Assembly: GCA_052386995.1 (NCBI GenBank)
Contig: JBQTJP010000110.1
Span: 30,481 to 94,480, forward strand
Direction of reading: 5' to 3'
Length of the DNA stretch: 64,000 nucleotides
Source: Armatimonadota bacterium
GTDB lineage: Bacteria; Sysuimicrobiota; Sysuimicrobiia; Sysuimicrobiales; Humicultoraceae
In this document: piece by piece, positions 10,386-19,944 of the stretch
Numbering within the stretch: the stretch's first letter is position 1
Layout: the number at the start of each line of letters is the position of its first letter
The notes under the pieces: model-generated
The model's database searches: none
What the model was told of the DNA's origin: nothing
The model's input: only the letters and a program-made list of their open reading frames with translations
Made by a program: the position numbers and the translations under genes

Positions 10386-10954
10386 GCGTGTGGCGGTGAC
10401 CCCATGAGAGAACGCGGACTCCCGCCGGCCACATCCGGCGCGACGATCCTGATCGTCGTCTGCCGGACCACGGCCAGCGGCTGTCCTGCCTGATCGGTAT
10501 AGCGGCGCTCCTCGGTGATGTACACCGCGGGGCCATCACGTCGTTCTTTCACGGCAATGTCAACGATCCTGAACCGCACCGTCACCCAATCGCCGATGCG
10601 AGGTGGGCGCATCCACTCGATCTCTGTGGCGACGTTGAGCCGGAGACGTTCACCCGGGACCTTGATCAGCGCGACCGGTCCGCCGACCGACGCTGCCCCG
10701 CCCTCGCGATCATCGTCGTGTGCGTTCATCCCCGGCGCGGGTCGCAGCACGTCCAGGATCATGGCCGGCGGCACCGGCGCCCCGGTCCGATCGTATGCCG
10801 CCTGCACGCCACCGGCAGGCGCCACCGGACTCTGCCCTCCAACGGCGTTGAGATATCGCCGCACGTCGCTCCACTCGATCGGCCCCGGGGCCCTGATGGG
10901 TCCCCACTCGTGCCCGATCCACTGTCGCAGAGCGTCTGCGGGGTCGGTCGTCAT
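10382..10954 (-). CDS. MaoC-like hotdog protein (N-terminal/FAS1-like dehydratase half; partner of 8782-9249)
   Basis: Hotdog-like protein of about 190 aa that pairs with the downstream MaoC gene. Split MaoC heterodimers of this kind occur in ChsH1/ChsH2-type hydratases. Confidence 0.55.
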   Translation of the reverse strand: MTTDPADALRQWIGHEWGPIRAPGPIEWSDVRRYLNAVGGQSPVAPAGGVQAAYDRTGAPVPPAMILDVLRPAPGMNAHDDDREGGAASVGGPVALIKVPGERLRLNVATEIEWMRPPRIGDWVTVRFRIVDIAVKERRDGPAVYITEERRYTDQAGQPLAVVRQTTIRIVAPDVAGGSPRSLMGSPPHA

Positions 10955-10957
10955 CTG

Positions 10958-12175
10958 TCAGACCAGCACACCCTCGGCGTGAAGCCGGGTAATCTCGGCG
11001 TCTTCCAGAGCGAGCACCTCGCGAAGCACCGCGTCGGTGTGCTCACCCAGGCGTGGACCGGCTCGATCTGGCCAGACCGTGTCCGCATCGAGGTGAATGG
11101 GGTTGGGCAGCGCCGGCATCGCGCCGATAACGGGATGGCGCATCGTGCGGACCGATGGGGCGAAAACCGGCAGATCGGCCAGCGCCTCGACATTCGTGCG
11201 CACCGCCGCGGCGGGCGCGCCCGCGGCCTGCAGCTGAGCCTCGACATCGCGCGACGCCCGCTGCCTCGTCCAGCCCTCGAGCCGGGAATCGATCTCCTCG
11301 AGCGCCTGCAGCCGGCCCTCGGCCGTCGCGTAGCGCGGATTCCGCAACGTTTCATCGCCGACCGCGCCGACCAGCGCCTCCCACTCGCCGCCGCTGCCGA
11401 TGCTGATCACGCACCAGGCATCCTCGCCGCGACACCGGTAGCAGCCCTGCGGGACGCGGTCCGCTGCGCGGTTTCCCGGGCGCGCGCCGGGCGCGTGGCG
11501 TGTGCCGTTCGATGGCCCATTCAGCATCAGATGTCCGAGCGGAAGGGCGTTCGCCTCGTACTGACTGACATCGATCCAGCATCCCTGGCCCGTGCGGTCG
11601 CGCCGCTCGAGCGCCGACACGAGCACGAGCGCCGCGTGCAGTCCGGCCATGAAGTCAGCCCACGAGTTCGAGACGCCTGTGGGCGGCTCGCCGGGGCTGC
11701 CGGTTGTCAGCATGAGCCCCGAGAGCGCCTGGATCACGGCGTTGAAGCTCGCCCATCCGCTCCGCGGACCACCGTAGCCGAGCCCTGACATGCTCACGTA
11801 GATCAGGCGCGGGTTGATCGCCAGCAGCTGGTCGTGCCCTAACCCCAGCCGATCCATGACGCCTGCACTGAAGTTCTCGGTCACGGCGTCGCAACGCGCC
11901 GCCAGCGCCCGCGCGACATCCGCGCCGTGCGGGTGCTTCAAGTTGATGGCCACCGACCGCTTCTGACGGTTCAAGCCGGCAAAAAGCGCGCTGCCCTCCG
12001 GGTCACGGGGACCGTCGGGCCGAAACGGCCCCAATCGACGCCCGGCCTCGACGGCGGTCGCGCTCTCGACCTTGATGACGTCGGCGCCGAACTCTGCGAG
12101 CAGGCCCGTCGCGAATGGCCCGGTCACGACGTGACCAAAGTCCAGGATGCGAACGCCCTGCAACGGCGTGGTCAT
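10958..12175 (-). CDS. Family III CoA-transferase (CaiB/BaiF family), second copy
   Basis: The start is MTTPLQGVRILDFGHVVTGPF (ATGA overlap with the next gene). The long N-terminal extension shown in the ORF track is spurious. Confidence 0.8.
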   Translation of the reverse strand: MTTPLQGVRILDFGHVVTGPFATGLLAEFGADVIKVESATAVEAGRRLGPFRPDGPRDPEGSALFAGLNRQKRSVAINLKHPHGADVARALAARCDAVTENFSAGVMDRLGLGHDQLLAINPRLIYVSMSGLGYGGPRSGWASFNAVIQALSGLMLTTGSPGEPPTGVSNSWADFMAGLHAALVLVSALERRDRTGQGCWIDVSQYEANALPLGHLMLNGPSNGTRHAPGARPGNRAADRVPQGCYRCRGEDAWCVISIGSGGEWEALVGAVGDETLRNPRYATAEGRLQALEEIDSRLEGWTRQRASRDVEAQLQAAGAPAAAVRTNVEALADLPVFAPSVRTMRHPVIGAMPALPNPIHLDADTVWPDRAGPRLGEHTDAVLREVLALEDAEITRLHAEGVLV

Positions 12176-12648
12176 CGCCTGCGCGCTCCCGCGGTCGTGG
12201 CTTTCTTCCCCGCGCGCGGATCGGGGGCGACTGCGCTGGGTACCGGTTCGAAGCTCGGCAGTGTGTACCGCCTCCCAATCGGGCGGAAGACGACGCGCAC
12301 GGGCATCCCGATGAGCACCGCATCGGTCCGGCAGTTCACGACCGTGCTGACCATCATCGGGCCTTCGTGCAGCTCGATGGCGGCATACACATACGGCGTG
12401 GGAAACGCCGGGTCGTGCTGGGCCCGCTGCACCGTGAAGGCGAATACCTTTCCCCGCCCGCTGGCCTGTGTCCATTTCAGGTTCTCAAGGTACGGAGCGT
12501 TGGGGTGCTCGCGGCAGCCCGCCAGCGGCCAGCGCCAGGCTCCGCACACGTCGCAACATAGCAGCAGAAACTCGTTCCGCCGCAGGCCCTCCCAAAATGG
12601 CCGCATTTCCTCGGTGGGATTCGGGTCCGGCCCTTTCCAGTCGCTCAT
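12172..12648 (-). CDS. DUF35 Zn-ribbon/OB-fold protein (thiolase/aldolase partner subunit)
   Basis: CCDVCG...C Zn-ribbon followed by an OB-fold. The start is MSDWKGP (ATGA overlap with the thiolase stop). Confidence 0.65.
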   Translation of the reverse strand: MSDWKGPDPNPTEEMRPFWEGLRRNEFLLLCCDVCGAWRWPLAGCREHPNAPYLENLKWTQASGRGKVFAFTVQRAQHDPAFPTPYVYAAIELHEGPMMVSTVVNCRTDAVLIGMPVRVVFRPIGRRYTLPSFEPVPSAVAPDPRAGKKATTAGARRR

Positions 12649-13853
12649 GCCGCCCGCCGGTGCGGTTGCGTCGTCAACACAATCGTGGAGTGGATCGAGC
12701 ACATCTGCCCGGACAGCACTTCGGCGCCGTGTCCGGAGACCAGCGCGACTTCGGCGTCGGCCACCTGTCGCGTACCGCCCTCGCCCCGCAACTGAATGAC
12801 CGCCTCGGCAAAGCCGGTCAGGTTGCCCAGGTGGTGGGAGGACAAGAGTCCACCGCCGGTGTTCACGGGGATGTCGCCGCCGGGCGCGGTCCGCATCTCC
12901 GCTGCGAAGGCGCCGCCCTCGCTCTTTCCGCACCAGCCATAGTCTTCCAGCTGAAGAATGACCTCGCCCGTGAAGCAGTCGTACAACTGGGCGAGATCCA
13001 CGTCGGCCGTGGTAATGCCGGCCTGCCGGAATGCGGTCTCGCGCGCGCCGTGCACCGCGAGCGTCGTGTAATTCGTCTTGTCCCACCACAACTCGGCCAT
13101 CTGCTCGCCAAATCCGATGCCGCCCATATACACCGGCGGCCGGCGCAGGTCGCGCGCGCGCTCCTCCGTGGTGACGATGAACGCGGTGCCACCGTCACTC
13201 TGGAGGCAAATGTCGAACAGGCGGTACGGCCAGACGATCACCGGCGATCGCTGGTGATCCTCCAGCGTCAACGGCCGGTCATGCAGGTAGGCGCGTGGAT
13301 TCAGGTTCGCCCACCGCCGCGTGGCGACGGCCACTGCACCGAGCTGCTCGCTGGTGGTGCCGAATTCATGCATGTGGCGGCTGGCCAGGAGGCCGTGATA
13401 GGTGGGCGCGTTCGCGCCGAAGAGCGCGGCCCATGAGTTCTGCTTGGCGGCATAGGACTGGCCGCGCTTTCCCGACCCCTGCTTTGCCGCCTGACTGCGA
13501 CTCCAGTCGTCGCGCGCGCCCGAGCACAGCACGTAGTCGGCGATGCCATGATCGAGCAGCCCGGTCGCCGCGAGCAACGCGTGGCCCGCGTACTCGCCGC
13601 CCCGACCCACGTTCTCCAGGTACAGGTTGACCGGCAGGTTCAGCACCCGGGCGAACGAGTCGTGATGCCGAGGACGCACACCGCCTCCCGCATCGCTCAG
13701 CATCTGAACCGCCGCGCCGATGTCGTGCGCCGCCAGACCCGCATCTTCCATGGCGAGTCGCGCGGCCTCCACTTCGAGCATCAGGACCGACCGGCCGGGC
13801 AGATGCCCGACCTCGGTGACGCCGAGTCCGACAATCGCGTAGCGTCCTCTCAT
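12645..13853 (-). CDS. SCP-x / lipid-transfer-protein-type thiolase-like enzyme (thiolase or retro-aldolase, Ltp2-like)
   Basis: Thiolase fold. DUF35-associated subfamily. Confidence 0.75.
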   Translation of the reverse strand: MRGRYAIVGLGVTEVGHLPGRSVLMLEVEAARLAMEDAGLAAHDIGAAVQMLSDAGGGVRPRHHDSFARVLNLPVNLYLENVGRGGEYAGHALLAATGLLDHGIADYVLCSGARDDWSRSQAAKQGSGKRGQSYAAKQNSWAALFGANAPTYHGLLASRHMHEFGTTSEQLGAVAVATRRWANLNPRAYLHDRPLTLEDHQRSPVIVWPYRLFDICLQSDGGTAFIVTTEERARDLRRPPVYMGGIGFGEQMAELWWDKTNYTTLAVHGARETAFRQAGITTADVDLAQLYDCFTGEVILQLEDYGWCGKSEGGAFAAEMRTAPGGDIPVNTGGGLLSSHHLGNLTGFAEAVIQLRGEGGTRQVADAEVALVSGHGAEVLSGQMCSIHSTIVLTTQPHRRAA

Positions 13854-13874
13854 GATGACCCAGCCGCTGATGAC

Positions 13875-14783
13875 CTAGCCGCGGATGAAGGACTCGGGTG
13901 GCCTGGGGCCCCAGAGGTTGACCGCGCCGACACGTCCCCTGACGGGATCCCAGACCCCGGCCTCACGCATACCCTCGCCGTCGAAACGCACCGACTCTGC
14001 GAGAAGCTCCCACCGGATATTCCACGGATCCACGAAATACACGAACAGGCTGTTGCCGGGCCCGTGCCGCCCGGGGCCGTACTCGACCTGCACGCCAAGG
14101 GTGCCGAAGTGGTCGAGCATCCGGAGCATGTCGCTCCAGGACGCGATCTCGAGCGCGACGTGATGCAGACCCGGGGTCGAGGACCGTACCAGGGCGACGG
14201 TGGTATGCTCGTCTCCACAGCGCAGCCAGTAGAACTCGTCGGGGATGCGATCCGACAGGCGGAGGTCGAGGTGATCCTCCAGCCACCGTGCGGACGCGCC
14301 CACGTGTGGGCTGCGGAGATTGATGTGCGACAACCTCAGCAGATTGGCCGGTGAAGCTTCCGCCGCGGGCCGCGCAACAGGCGCGTCGGGAATCACCAGC
14401 TCCAGATAGAGTCCGTCGTCGTCCTGGAGCCGGACGGCCGGTCCGTGGACGGACTCCATGGCCGCGGGCCCCTCGACCGTCAGGCCGCGGCTACGCAACA
14501 TCGCAGCGGCAACATCCAGGGCGCCTTCATCGCGCACCGCCAGGGCATAGTGCGCCAAACCGAAAGGCTCGCCGGGGTACAGCACGAGTTCGTGGTGCGG
14601 CACCAGTTGCGCGCCGGCCGGTAGCGTGCTCATGAGCACCGCGCCCGTCGACGCGTCCCGACCGGTGATGCCGAGTCCCAGCACGCGGCGATAGTATTCG
14701 GCCGCGGCGTCCGGATCCGACACCCGGAACGTGACGTGATCCAGGTGCGTCACGGGGAGACGCTGGCCGGTGCGACCCGTCAT
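13875..14783 (-). CDS. Two-domain VOC (glyoxalase/extradiol dioxygenase-like) protein
   Basis: Two VOC modules and a C23O-like C-terminal motif (GPGRHGPGNSLFVYFVDPWNIRWEL). The start MTGRTGQ overlaps the CE4 stop (ATGA). Confidence 0.65.
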   Translation of the reverse strand: MTGRTGQRLPVTHLDHVTFRVSDPDAAAEYYRRVLGLGITGRDASTGAVLMSTLPAGAQLVPHHELVLYPGEPFGLAHYALAVRDEGALDVAAAMLRSRGLTVEGPAAMESVHGPAVRLQDDDGLYLELVIPDAPVARPAAEASPANLLRLSHINLRSPHVGASARWLEDHLDLRLSDRIPDEFYWLRCGDEHTTVALVRSSTPGLHHVALEIASWSDMLRMLDHFGTLGVQVEYGPGRHGPGNSLFVYFVDPWNIRWELLAESVRFDGEGMREAGVWDPVRGRVGAVNLWGPRPPESFIRG

Positions 14784-15664
14784 CGAGATCCTGGCTCCAG
14801 CCGGGCGGCGGGAGTCGCGGACGACCCGTCGGCCGTTCGAGTTCCGAGCTGATGCATCCGGGCGCGGAATAGTCGGAACCCATCGGTACGCAGCACGGGA
14901 TAGCGCCACAGCCGGTGAGGGCGGAGGGCGGCATAGGGATTCTTGCCAGGCCCTCCGAGCGCCGCGGTCGCGTAGCGTGGGGCCACCATCGGCTCAACCA
15001 CCGGCGACCAGCGACCCCAGGGGTATGCGAAGTGCCTCGGCGTCACCCCAAGGCGCCGCTGGATCATACGATCGCACTCGTCGAGTTCGGCAGCTGCCTG
15101 ATCCGGCGTCGTCTGCGACAGATCCACGTGGGTGTGCGTGTGGCTGCCGATCGCCACGAGTCCCGACCGCGCCATCTCGCCCGCCTGCTCCCAGGTGAGG
15201 GGCAACGGCCGGCGTTCCGGCGCGAGATTGCCGAAAGCACCGAAGTCGAACGGCCGCCGGGTCTCGACGTACATCGCGGGCAGATAGACGGTCGCGGGCA
15301 GTCCGTACCGACGCAGTACGGGATACGCCACGTCATACGTCTCGCCGTAGCCGTCGTCGAACGTAATGGCCACGATATCCGATGCGGCCTGACGGCCCGG
15401 AGACGCGCAGACCTCGGCCACATCGTCCAGCGAGACAACCCGGCAATGACGATGAAGACAGCGCATCTGCGCTTCGAAGGCGCGCTCCGTGACATCCACG
15501 TCGCTGCGCGTGTTGCCGCCGACGCGGTGGTACAGCAGCACCACGACGCCCGGCTCCGGGTGCGGCCGGACGGCCTGCAGCGGCAGCGCCAGCCACCGCC
15601 CGAGGCTGCGCGCCGTGCGTCCTGCCCCCATGATCCAGTCGGGCAACTCCATAGCGGCCGTCAA
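14780..15664 (-). CDS. Polysaccharide deacetylase (CE4 / NodB homology)
   Basis: TFDDGY and HTHTH motifs. Confidence 0.8.
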   Translation of the reverse strand: MTAAMELPDWIMGAGRTARSLGRWLALPLQAVRPHPEPGVVVLLYHRVGGNTRSDVDVTERAFEAQMRCLHRHCRVVSLDDVAEVCASPGRQAASDIVAITFDDGYGETYDVAYPVLRRYGLPATVYLPAMYVETRRPFDFGAFGNLAPERRPLPLTWEQAGEMARSGLVAIGSHTHTHVDLSQTTPDQAAAELDECDRMIQRRLGVTPRHFAYPWGRWSPVVEPMVAPRYATAALGGPGKNPYAALRPHRLWRYPVLRTDGFRLFRARMHQLGTRTADGSSATPAARLEPGSR

Positions 15665-16677
15665 AAAACCTCGATATCTCCGAGCGCCAGCCGCCAGGCG
15701 GCGAACGTCTTCGGATCCATCGCAGGTGCCGGTCCGAGCGGCCTCACGGTGAAATACGGGCCGCGGGGGACAGGTACAAATCCGAGGGAGAGCAGCACCG
15801 ACCGGTGCGGTGTTCGCCAGGCGCAGTGGGCGACGGCGTAGTCCGCGCCGCTACTAGACAGCACCTCGCGTACCACGCGGCGGCCGTCGGCCGGCCGGTC
15901 CATGAACAGTTCGCACAGGGTCAGCTCGCGCAGCCCCCGGCGCCGGGTCAACCGAAAGATCGCCGCCGCGCGCACTCCATCGCCCTCGATCCAGTGCGCC
16001 CCATAGCGCAGCGATGGCACCATGGCATACCGCCATCGCAGAAACGAAGGGCTGCGGGCCGTCCGTATCCCATCGCTCAGATGCGCATCGTCACAGGCCA
16101 GCAGATCTGCCACCGCGGCCTCGTTTGCCAGCAGCTTGTCGAGAAGGGGCAGGCGAACATCCCATCCCTCCTCACCGTCTTGGGGTGAGGCTCCACGACG
16201 GGACAAGACGGACCGGATCAAAGCGCCCGGCCGGACCGGCCGCACGAAGATGAGGGCGCGCCCGACATAGGTCCAGCCAAGTTTGATGTAGCCCGGCAGA
16301 CTGTATCGGTTGGGAGTGTTAAAGACCAGGTCGACGCCATCGAGGCGCGCGCGGTCCAAGCACGCGGCCGTCAGCCGTGAAAAGATGCCTTTTCGCTGAT
16401 GGTCAGGGTGCGTGGCGGTATCCACGGCGCGAACCGCGTGAATGACCTGCTCTCCGGCGCGGAACTGCCAGCGCAGAAAAGCGCGGAGGCCGACCACGTG
16501 CTCATTCTCTGCCAGCAGCATGAGCGACCGGCCAAAGGGATTCTCGATATGCTTCCAGCGGAAGAACGAAGTGGACCGCTCGAACGCCCGCCCGGTCCCC
16601 AGGGTCAGATTGAGCAGCCCCAGCACCTGGGCTTCATCGGCCGTCTCATAGTCGCGGACCATCAGGGGCGCGGTCAC
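15661..16677 (-). CDS. GNAT-family acyltransferase with a C-terminal extension (two-lobed)
   Basis: N-terminal GNAT acetyl-CoA motif (HQRKGIFSRL); 338 aa. Confidence 0.55.
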   Translation of the reverse strand: MTAPLMVRDYETADEAQVLGLLNLTLGTGRAFERSTSFFRWKHIENPFGRSLMLLAENEHVVGLRAFLRWQFRAGEQVIHAVRAVDTATHPDHQRKGIFSRLTAACLDRARLDGVDLVFNTPNRYSLPGYIKLGWTYVGRALIFVRPVRPGALIRSVLSRRGASPQDGEEGWDVRLPLLDKLLANEAAVADLLACDDAHLSDGIRTARSPSFLRWRYAMVPSLRYGAHWIEGDGVRAAAIFRLTRRRGLRELTLCELFMDRPADGRRVVREVLSSSGADYAVAHCAWRTPHRSVLLSLGFVPVPRGPYFTVRPLGPAPAMDPKTFAAWRLALGDIEVF

Positions 16678-17798
16678 GATCGCTCACCCCAGAGTAGACC
16701 TGCGTACACCTGCTCGATCGCCGCCACCATGTGCCCCACCCCGTATCGGGTCCGCGCGCGCGCTCGCGCCGCGGTGCCCATACGAACCCTGAGGTCGGGT
16801 GAGGCGACCAGCGCGCTGAGGGCATCGGCCAGCGCCTGAGGATCCTCGGGCGGCACCAGCAGACTGCTGGCCTCGTCGGTGGCTTCGGGAATCCCGCCCA
16901 CGCGCGTCACCACGCTGGGTTTCCCGAGCGCCATCGCCTCCAGCAGCGCCACGGGCAACCCCTCGTAGATGGAGGACAGCACAAAGATGTCCGAAGCCGC
17001 CACCAAGCGCACCGCGTCGGGCCTGAACCCCGCAAACACGAGCCGGCCGTCCAGACCCAGGCGGTCGGCCTCGATGCGCAGGGCGTCGGCCCGAGGCCCC
17101 TGGCCCACGATGAGGAAGCGTGCGTCCGCGTGCCGGGCCGCGACCTTCACCGCCGCCGCGAGCAGATGGGTGTGGCCCTTCTTGGGTGTCAGGTTTCCCA
17201 CTGTGACCACGACGAGCGCATTCGCAGGGAATCCAAACTCTCGGCGCAGGGCGTCCGGCGCAACCGGCAGGGTGGCGAGCCCTTCGGCGTCCACGGCGTT
17301 GGTGACCGTCAGGACCTGCGGGCCGCCGGCCGCATACCCTTCGACCGCGCGACGCACCTCGTCGGACACCGCGATGACCGTGTCGTTCAGCCGATAGGTG
17401 CAGTGGTTGAGGATGCGCATCGGCAGGGAATAGCGCTGAGGCACGTTGTGCTCGGTGTAGACAACGCGCGGCCGCCCGGCAAGGGGGGCGGCGATCCGTC
17501 CCCACACGCCGGCCATCGGCAGGTGCGCATGGATGAGATCGATACGCTCGCGCCGCACCAGGCGCACGAGGCGCATGAACGCTCGGGGATCACCCTCGAC
17601 TCTCATGTTCAGGTCGTGGACGGGGACGCCCGCGGCCTCAAAGGACGGCACCAGCGCGCGCTTCCACGGCAGCATGTAGGCCACGCGATACACAAACCGG
17701 TCGCGATTCAAAAAGGGCAGCGACGCTTCCAGCAGCCGCTCCGCGCCGCCGATGCCCAGACCCTTGATCAGGAGAAGAATGCGCGCGCGCTCGGGCAT
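16674..17798 (-). CDS. GT4-family glycosyltransferase
   Basis: GT-B fold with the GT4 C-terminal motif (SSIYEGLPVALLEAMALGKP). The start is MPERARILLL. Confidence 0.8.
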   Translation of the reverse strand: MPERARILLLIKGLGIGGAERLLEASLPFLNRDRFVYRVAYMLPWKRALVPSFEAAGVPVHDLNMRVEGDPRAFMRLVRLVRRERIDLIHAHLPMAGVWGRIAAPLAGRPRVVYTEHNVPQRYSLPMRILNHCTYRLNDTVIAVSDEVRRAVEGYAAGGPQVLTVTNAVDAEGLATLPVAPDALRREFGFPANALVVVTVGNLTPKKGHTHLLAAAVKVAARHADARFLIVGQGPRADALRIEADRLGLDGRLVFAGFRPDAVRLVAASDIFVLSSIYEGLPVALLEAMALGKPSVVTRVGGIPEATDEASSLLVPPEDPQALADALSALVASPDLRVRMGTAARARARTRYGVGHMVAAIEQVYAGLLWGERS

Positions 17799-17799
17799 G

Positions 17800-18948
17800 T
17801 TATGCGTGGACCCGCCGGCCATTGCGGAGGCCGGTGTAGACCTCCGCGTACTGCGCCGCGATGCGGCCGATCTCAAAGGCCCGGCAGGCCGTGCGCGCCG
17901 CAGCCCCCATCGCCTCTCGCCGGCCGCCGTCGATGGCCAGACGCGTCACCGCGTCGGCCAGCGCCTGCTCGTCGTTGACGGCCACCAGGGCCCCGGTTTC
18001 TCCGTGGCGGACGACCTCATCGATGCCACCGACGTCGTACGCGACGACCGGCAGGCCCGCCAGACCGGCCTCGATGATGGCCGCGGGCATCCCCTCTGTC
18101 AGGCTTGGAAGGACGAACAGGTCCGCGCCGGCAAGCAGCGCGGCCACATCGCCGGTCGTGCCCGCCAGCCACACCAGCCCGTCGAGGCCAGCGCGGTGGA
18201 TCGCGGCTTCGATCGCCGGACGCTGCGGACCATCGCCGACGAGCCACAGACGGGTCGCTACCCCGCGGCCGCGCAGCGAGGCGACGAGGCGGATCAGCGC
18301 TCCGTGGTTCTTTTCCGGAGACAGACTGCCGACGTGCGCCAGCACGATCTCCCCCGGCGGGACCGCGGCCTTCGCACGCACCCGGGCGCGAAGGTCCGCC
18401 GACTGCGTGAGAAACGGCGCGGCGTCGACGCCGTTGGGGATGACCGCGACCCGCTGCGGAGGGAGCCCGACGCGCTCGACCAGCTCCGTCGCCGCGCGAC
18501 GGCACACGGCCACGACAAGATCGGCCTGCCGGAACCACCACCGGTACGCCGCAGCGCGCAGCGGATCGCGCCGCCAGTAGGACGGCATGCCAATGGTCCG
18601 GTAGACCAGTGGCCAGCGGCCTCGAGTGATCAGGCGCGTCGTGGCAAGGTACTTCAGCGTCGCGGCCCCATTGGCCTGAACGATCGGCTCTCCGGCCGAG
18701 GCGATGCAGTCGGCGATGGCGCGCACCAGGCGCAGCGACAGCGGCCCCGCTGGCCGGCGGTCGGTCAGCGTCCCACCCCACACCCCGGCGGTGGCGGCAG
18801 CGTCGGCAAATCGCGGGTCCCCGGGGAACAGGCCGACGATGGTCGATTCCCACGACCGATGCCGGAGCGTCGCCGACAGCTGCAGCGCGAACGTCTCCGC
18901 GCCGCGGCGCTGCGGAGCTTGGATCATCTGCAGAACGCGCTCACTCAT
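17800..18948 (-). CDS. GT4-family glycosyltransferase
   Basis: GT4 motif (PSLTEGMPAAIIEAGLAGLP). Confidence 0.8.
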   Translation of the reverse strand: MSERVLQMIQAPQRRGAETFALQLSATLRHRSWESTIVGLFPGDPRFADAAATAGVWGGTLTDRRPAGPLSLRLVRAIADCIASAGEPIVQANGAATLKYLATTRLITRGRWPLVYRTIGMPSYWRRDPLRAAAYRWWFRQADLVVAVCRRAATELVERVGLPPQRVAVIPNGVDAAPFLTQSADLRARVRAKAAVPPGEIVLAHVGSLSPEKNHGALIRLVASLRGRGVATRLWLVGDGPQRPAIEAAIHRAGLDGLVWLAGTTGDVAALLAGADLFVLPSLTEGMPAAIIEAGLAGLPVVAYDVGGIDEVVRHGETGALVAVNDEQALADAVTRLAIDGGRREAMGAAARTACRAFEIGRIAAQYAEVYTGLRNGRRVHA

Positions 18949-19934
18949 ACGGGCGACGCGACGCGAATCTCATAGCCCCAGTGGGGCTCGCCGTCAACAA
19001 GCCTGGGGTCGATCTCCAGCCGCAGGCGCTGCCCGGCGCGAAGCCTCGGCTGCTCAAGCACGGGAAAGTACATCTGCGACCAGTTCGTCAGCGGCAGGCG
19101 CGGCGAGTTTGAGAGCGGCACACCCGGAGTGAGTACAGCGTCAAACCAGCCGAGGAACCCATCCAGTCGTCCCTCTCGCAGCACCGAAAATTCAAGGACC
19201 TCGGCGCCCGGCGCGCTGCCATCGCGGTGGTAATCCACGTGCCAGCAGCGGATCGGCTCTGCCAGCTCCACGAAGCGCTTTCCCGATGCCTGAACGGTCT
19301 CGGGTTCCTGATACAGCGCCCGGCGAAACAGCGAGTAGTCCCAACCATAGACGCGCTCTGGCATCCGCCCCAGGCCAAATTCCCCGGAGTGAACGGGCAT
19401 GAGGACCGTGTCAGACGATTCAGGAATGATCCGCGATCCCGGCTTCAGCATCCGCCGCCGCGCATCCGCCACGTACTCGATGATGTTCTCATTGTCGAAC
19501 CCACACGTGCTGAGCGTCTCGGTGACCAGGAGATCACCCCGTTCCGGCAGGTCTACGTGCCTCGAGTTCCCCCGGACGAGAATCACGCGGTCCCCGAGCC
19601 CGTTTTGCTCGATCAACTGCCTGGTCAGGTCCGCGATGGGACCGAGCTCTATCGCATACACGCGCTTCGCACCCGCCTGGACGGCAAAGAAGGAGAGCAG
19701 GCCGGTGCCGGCGCCCAGATCCACCACCACGTCCTGAGGACCCACCGTGCGCGCCAAAGCGTCACGGTACGCTTCGCAGCGCGCGGTATCGAGCAGCATC
19801 TTCTCCTGCATCTTCGGGCTGGCAAAGTTTTCGGCGACACGCAATTCGCGCAGGAGCGGCCAGTGGGCCGCGCGCTTGAGCACGCCGCGGAGCCTCCACA
19901 GCCCAGACGCCAGCAACCGTCGCGCCAGCCCCAT
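18945..19934 (-). CDS. PRMT-fold (protein arginine N-methyltransferase-like) SAM-dependent methyltransferase
   Basis: PRMT motif I (VVDLGAGTGLLSFFAVQAGAKRVYAIE), a double-E loop-like segment (GDLLVTETLSTCGFDNE), motif III (MLKPGSRIIPES) and a THW-like loop (PHWGYE). Confidence 0.65.
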   Translation of the reverse strand: MGLARRLLASGLWRLRGVLKRAAHWPLLRELRVAENFASPKMQEKMLLDTARCEAYRDALARTVGPQDVVVDLGAGTGLLSFFAVQAGAKRVYAIELGPIADLTRQLIEQNGLGDRVILVRGNSRHVDLPERGDLLVTETLSTCGFDNENIIEYVADARRRMLKPGSRIIPESSDTVLMPVHSGEFGLGRMPERVYGWDYSLFRRALYQEPETVQASGKRFVELAEPIRCWHVDYHRDGSAPGAEVLEFSVLREGRLDGFLGWFDAVLTPGVPLSNSPRLPLTNWSQMYFPVLEQPRLRAGQRLRLEIDPRLVDGEPHWGYEIRVASPV

Positions 19935-19944
19935 GCCGCTGCTC

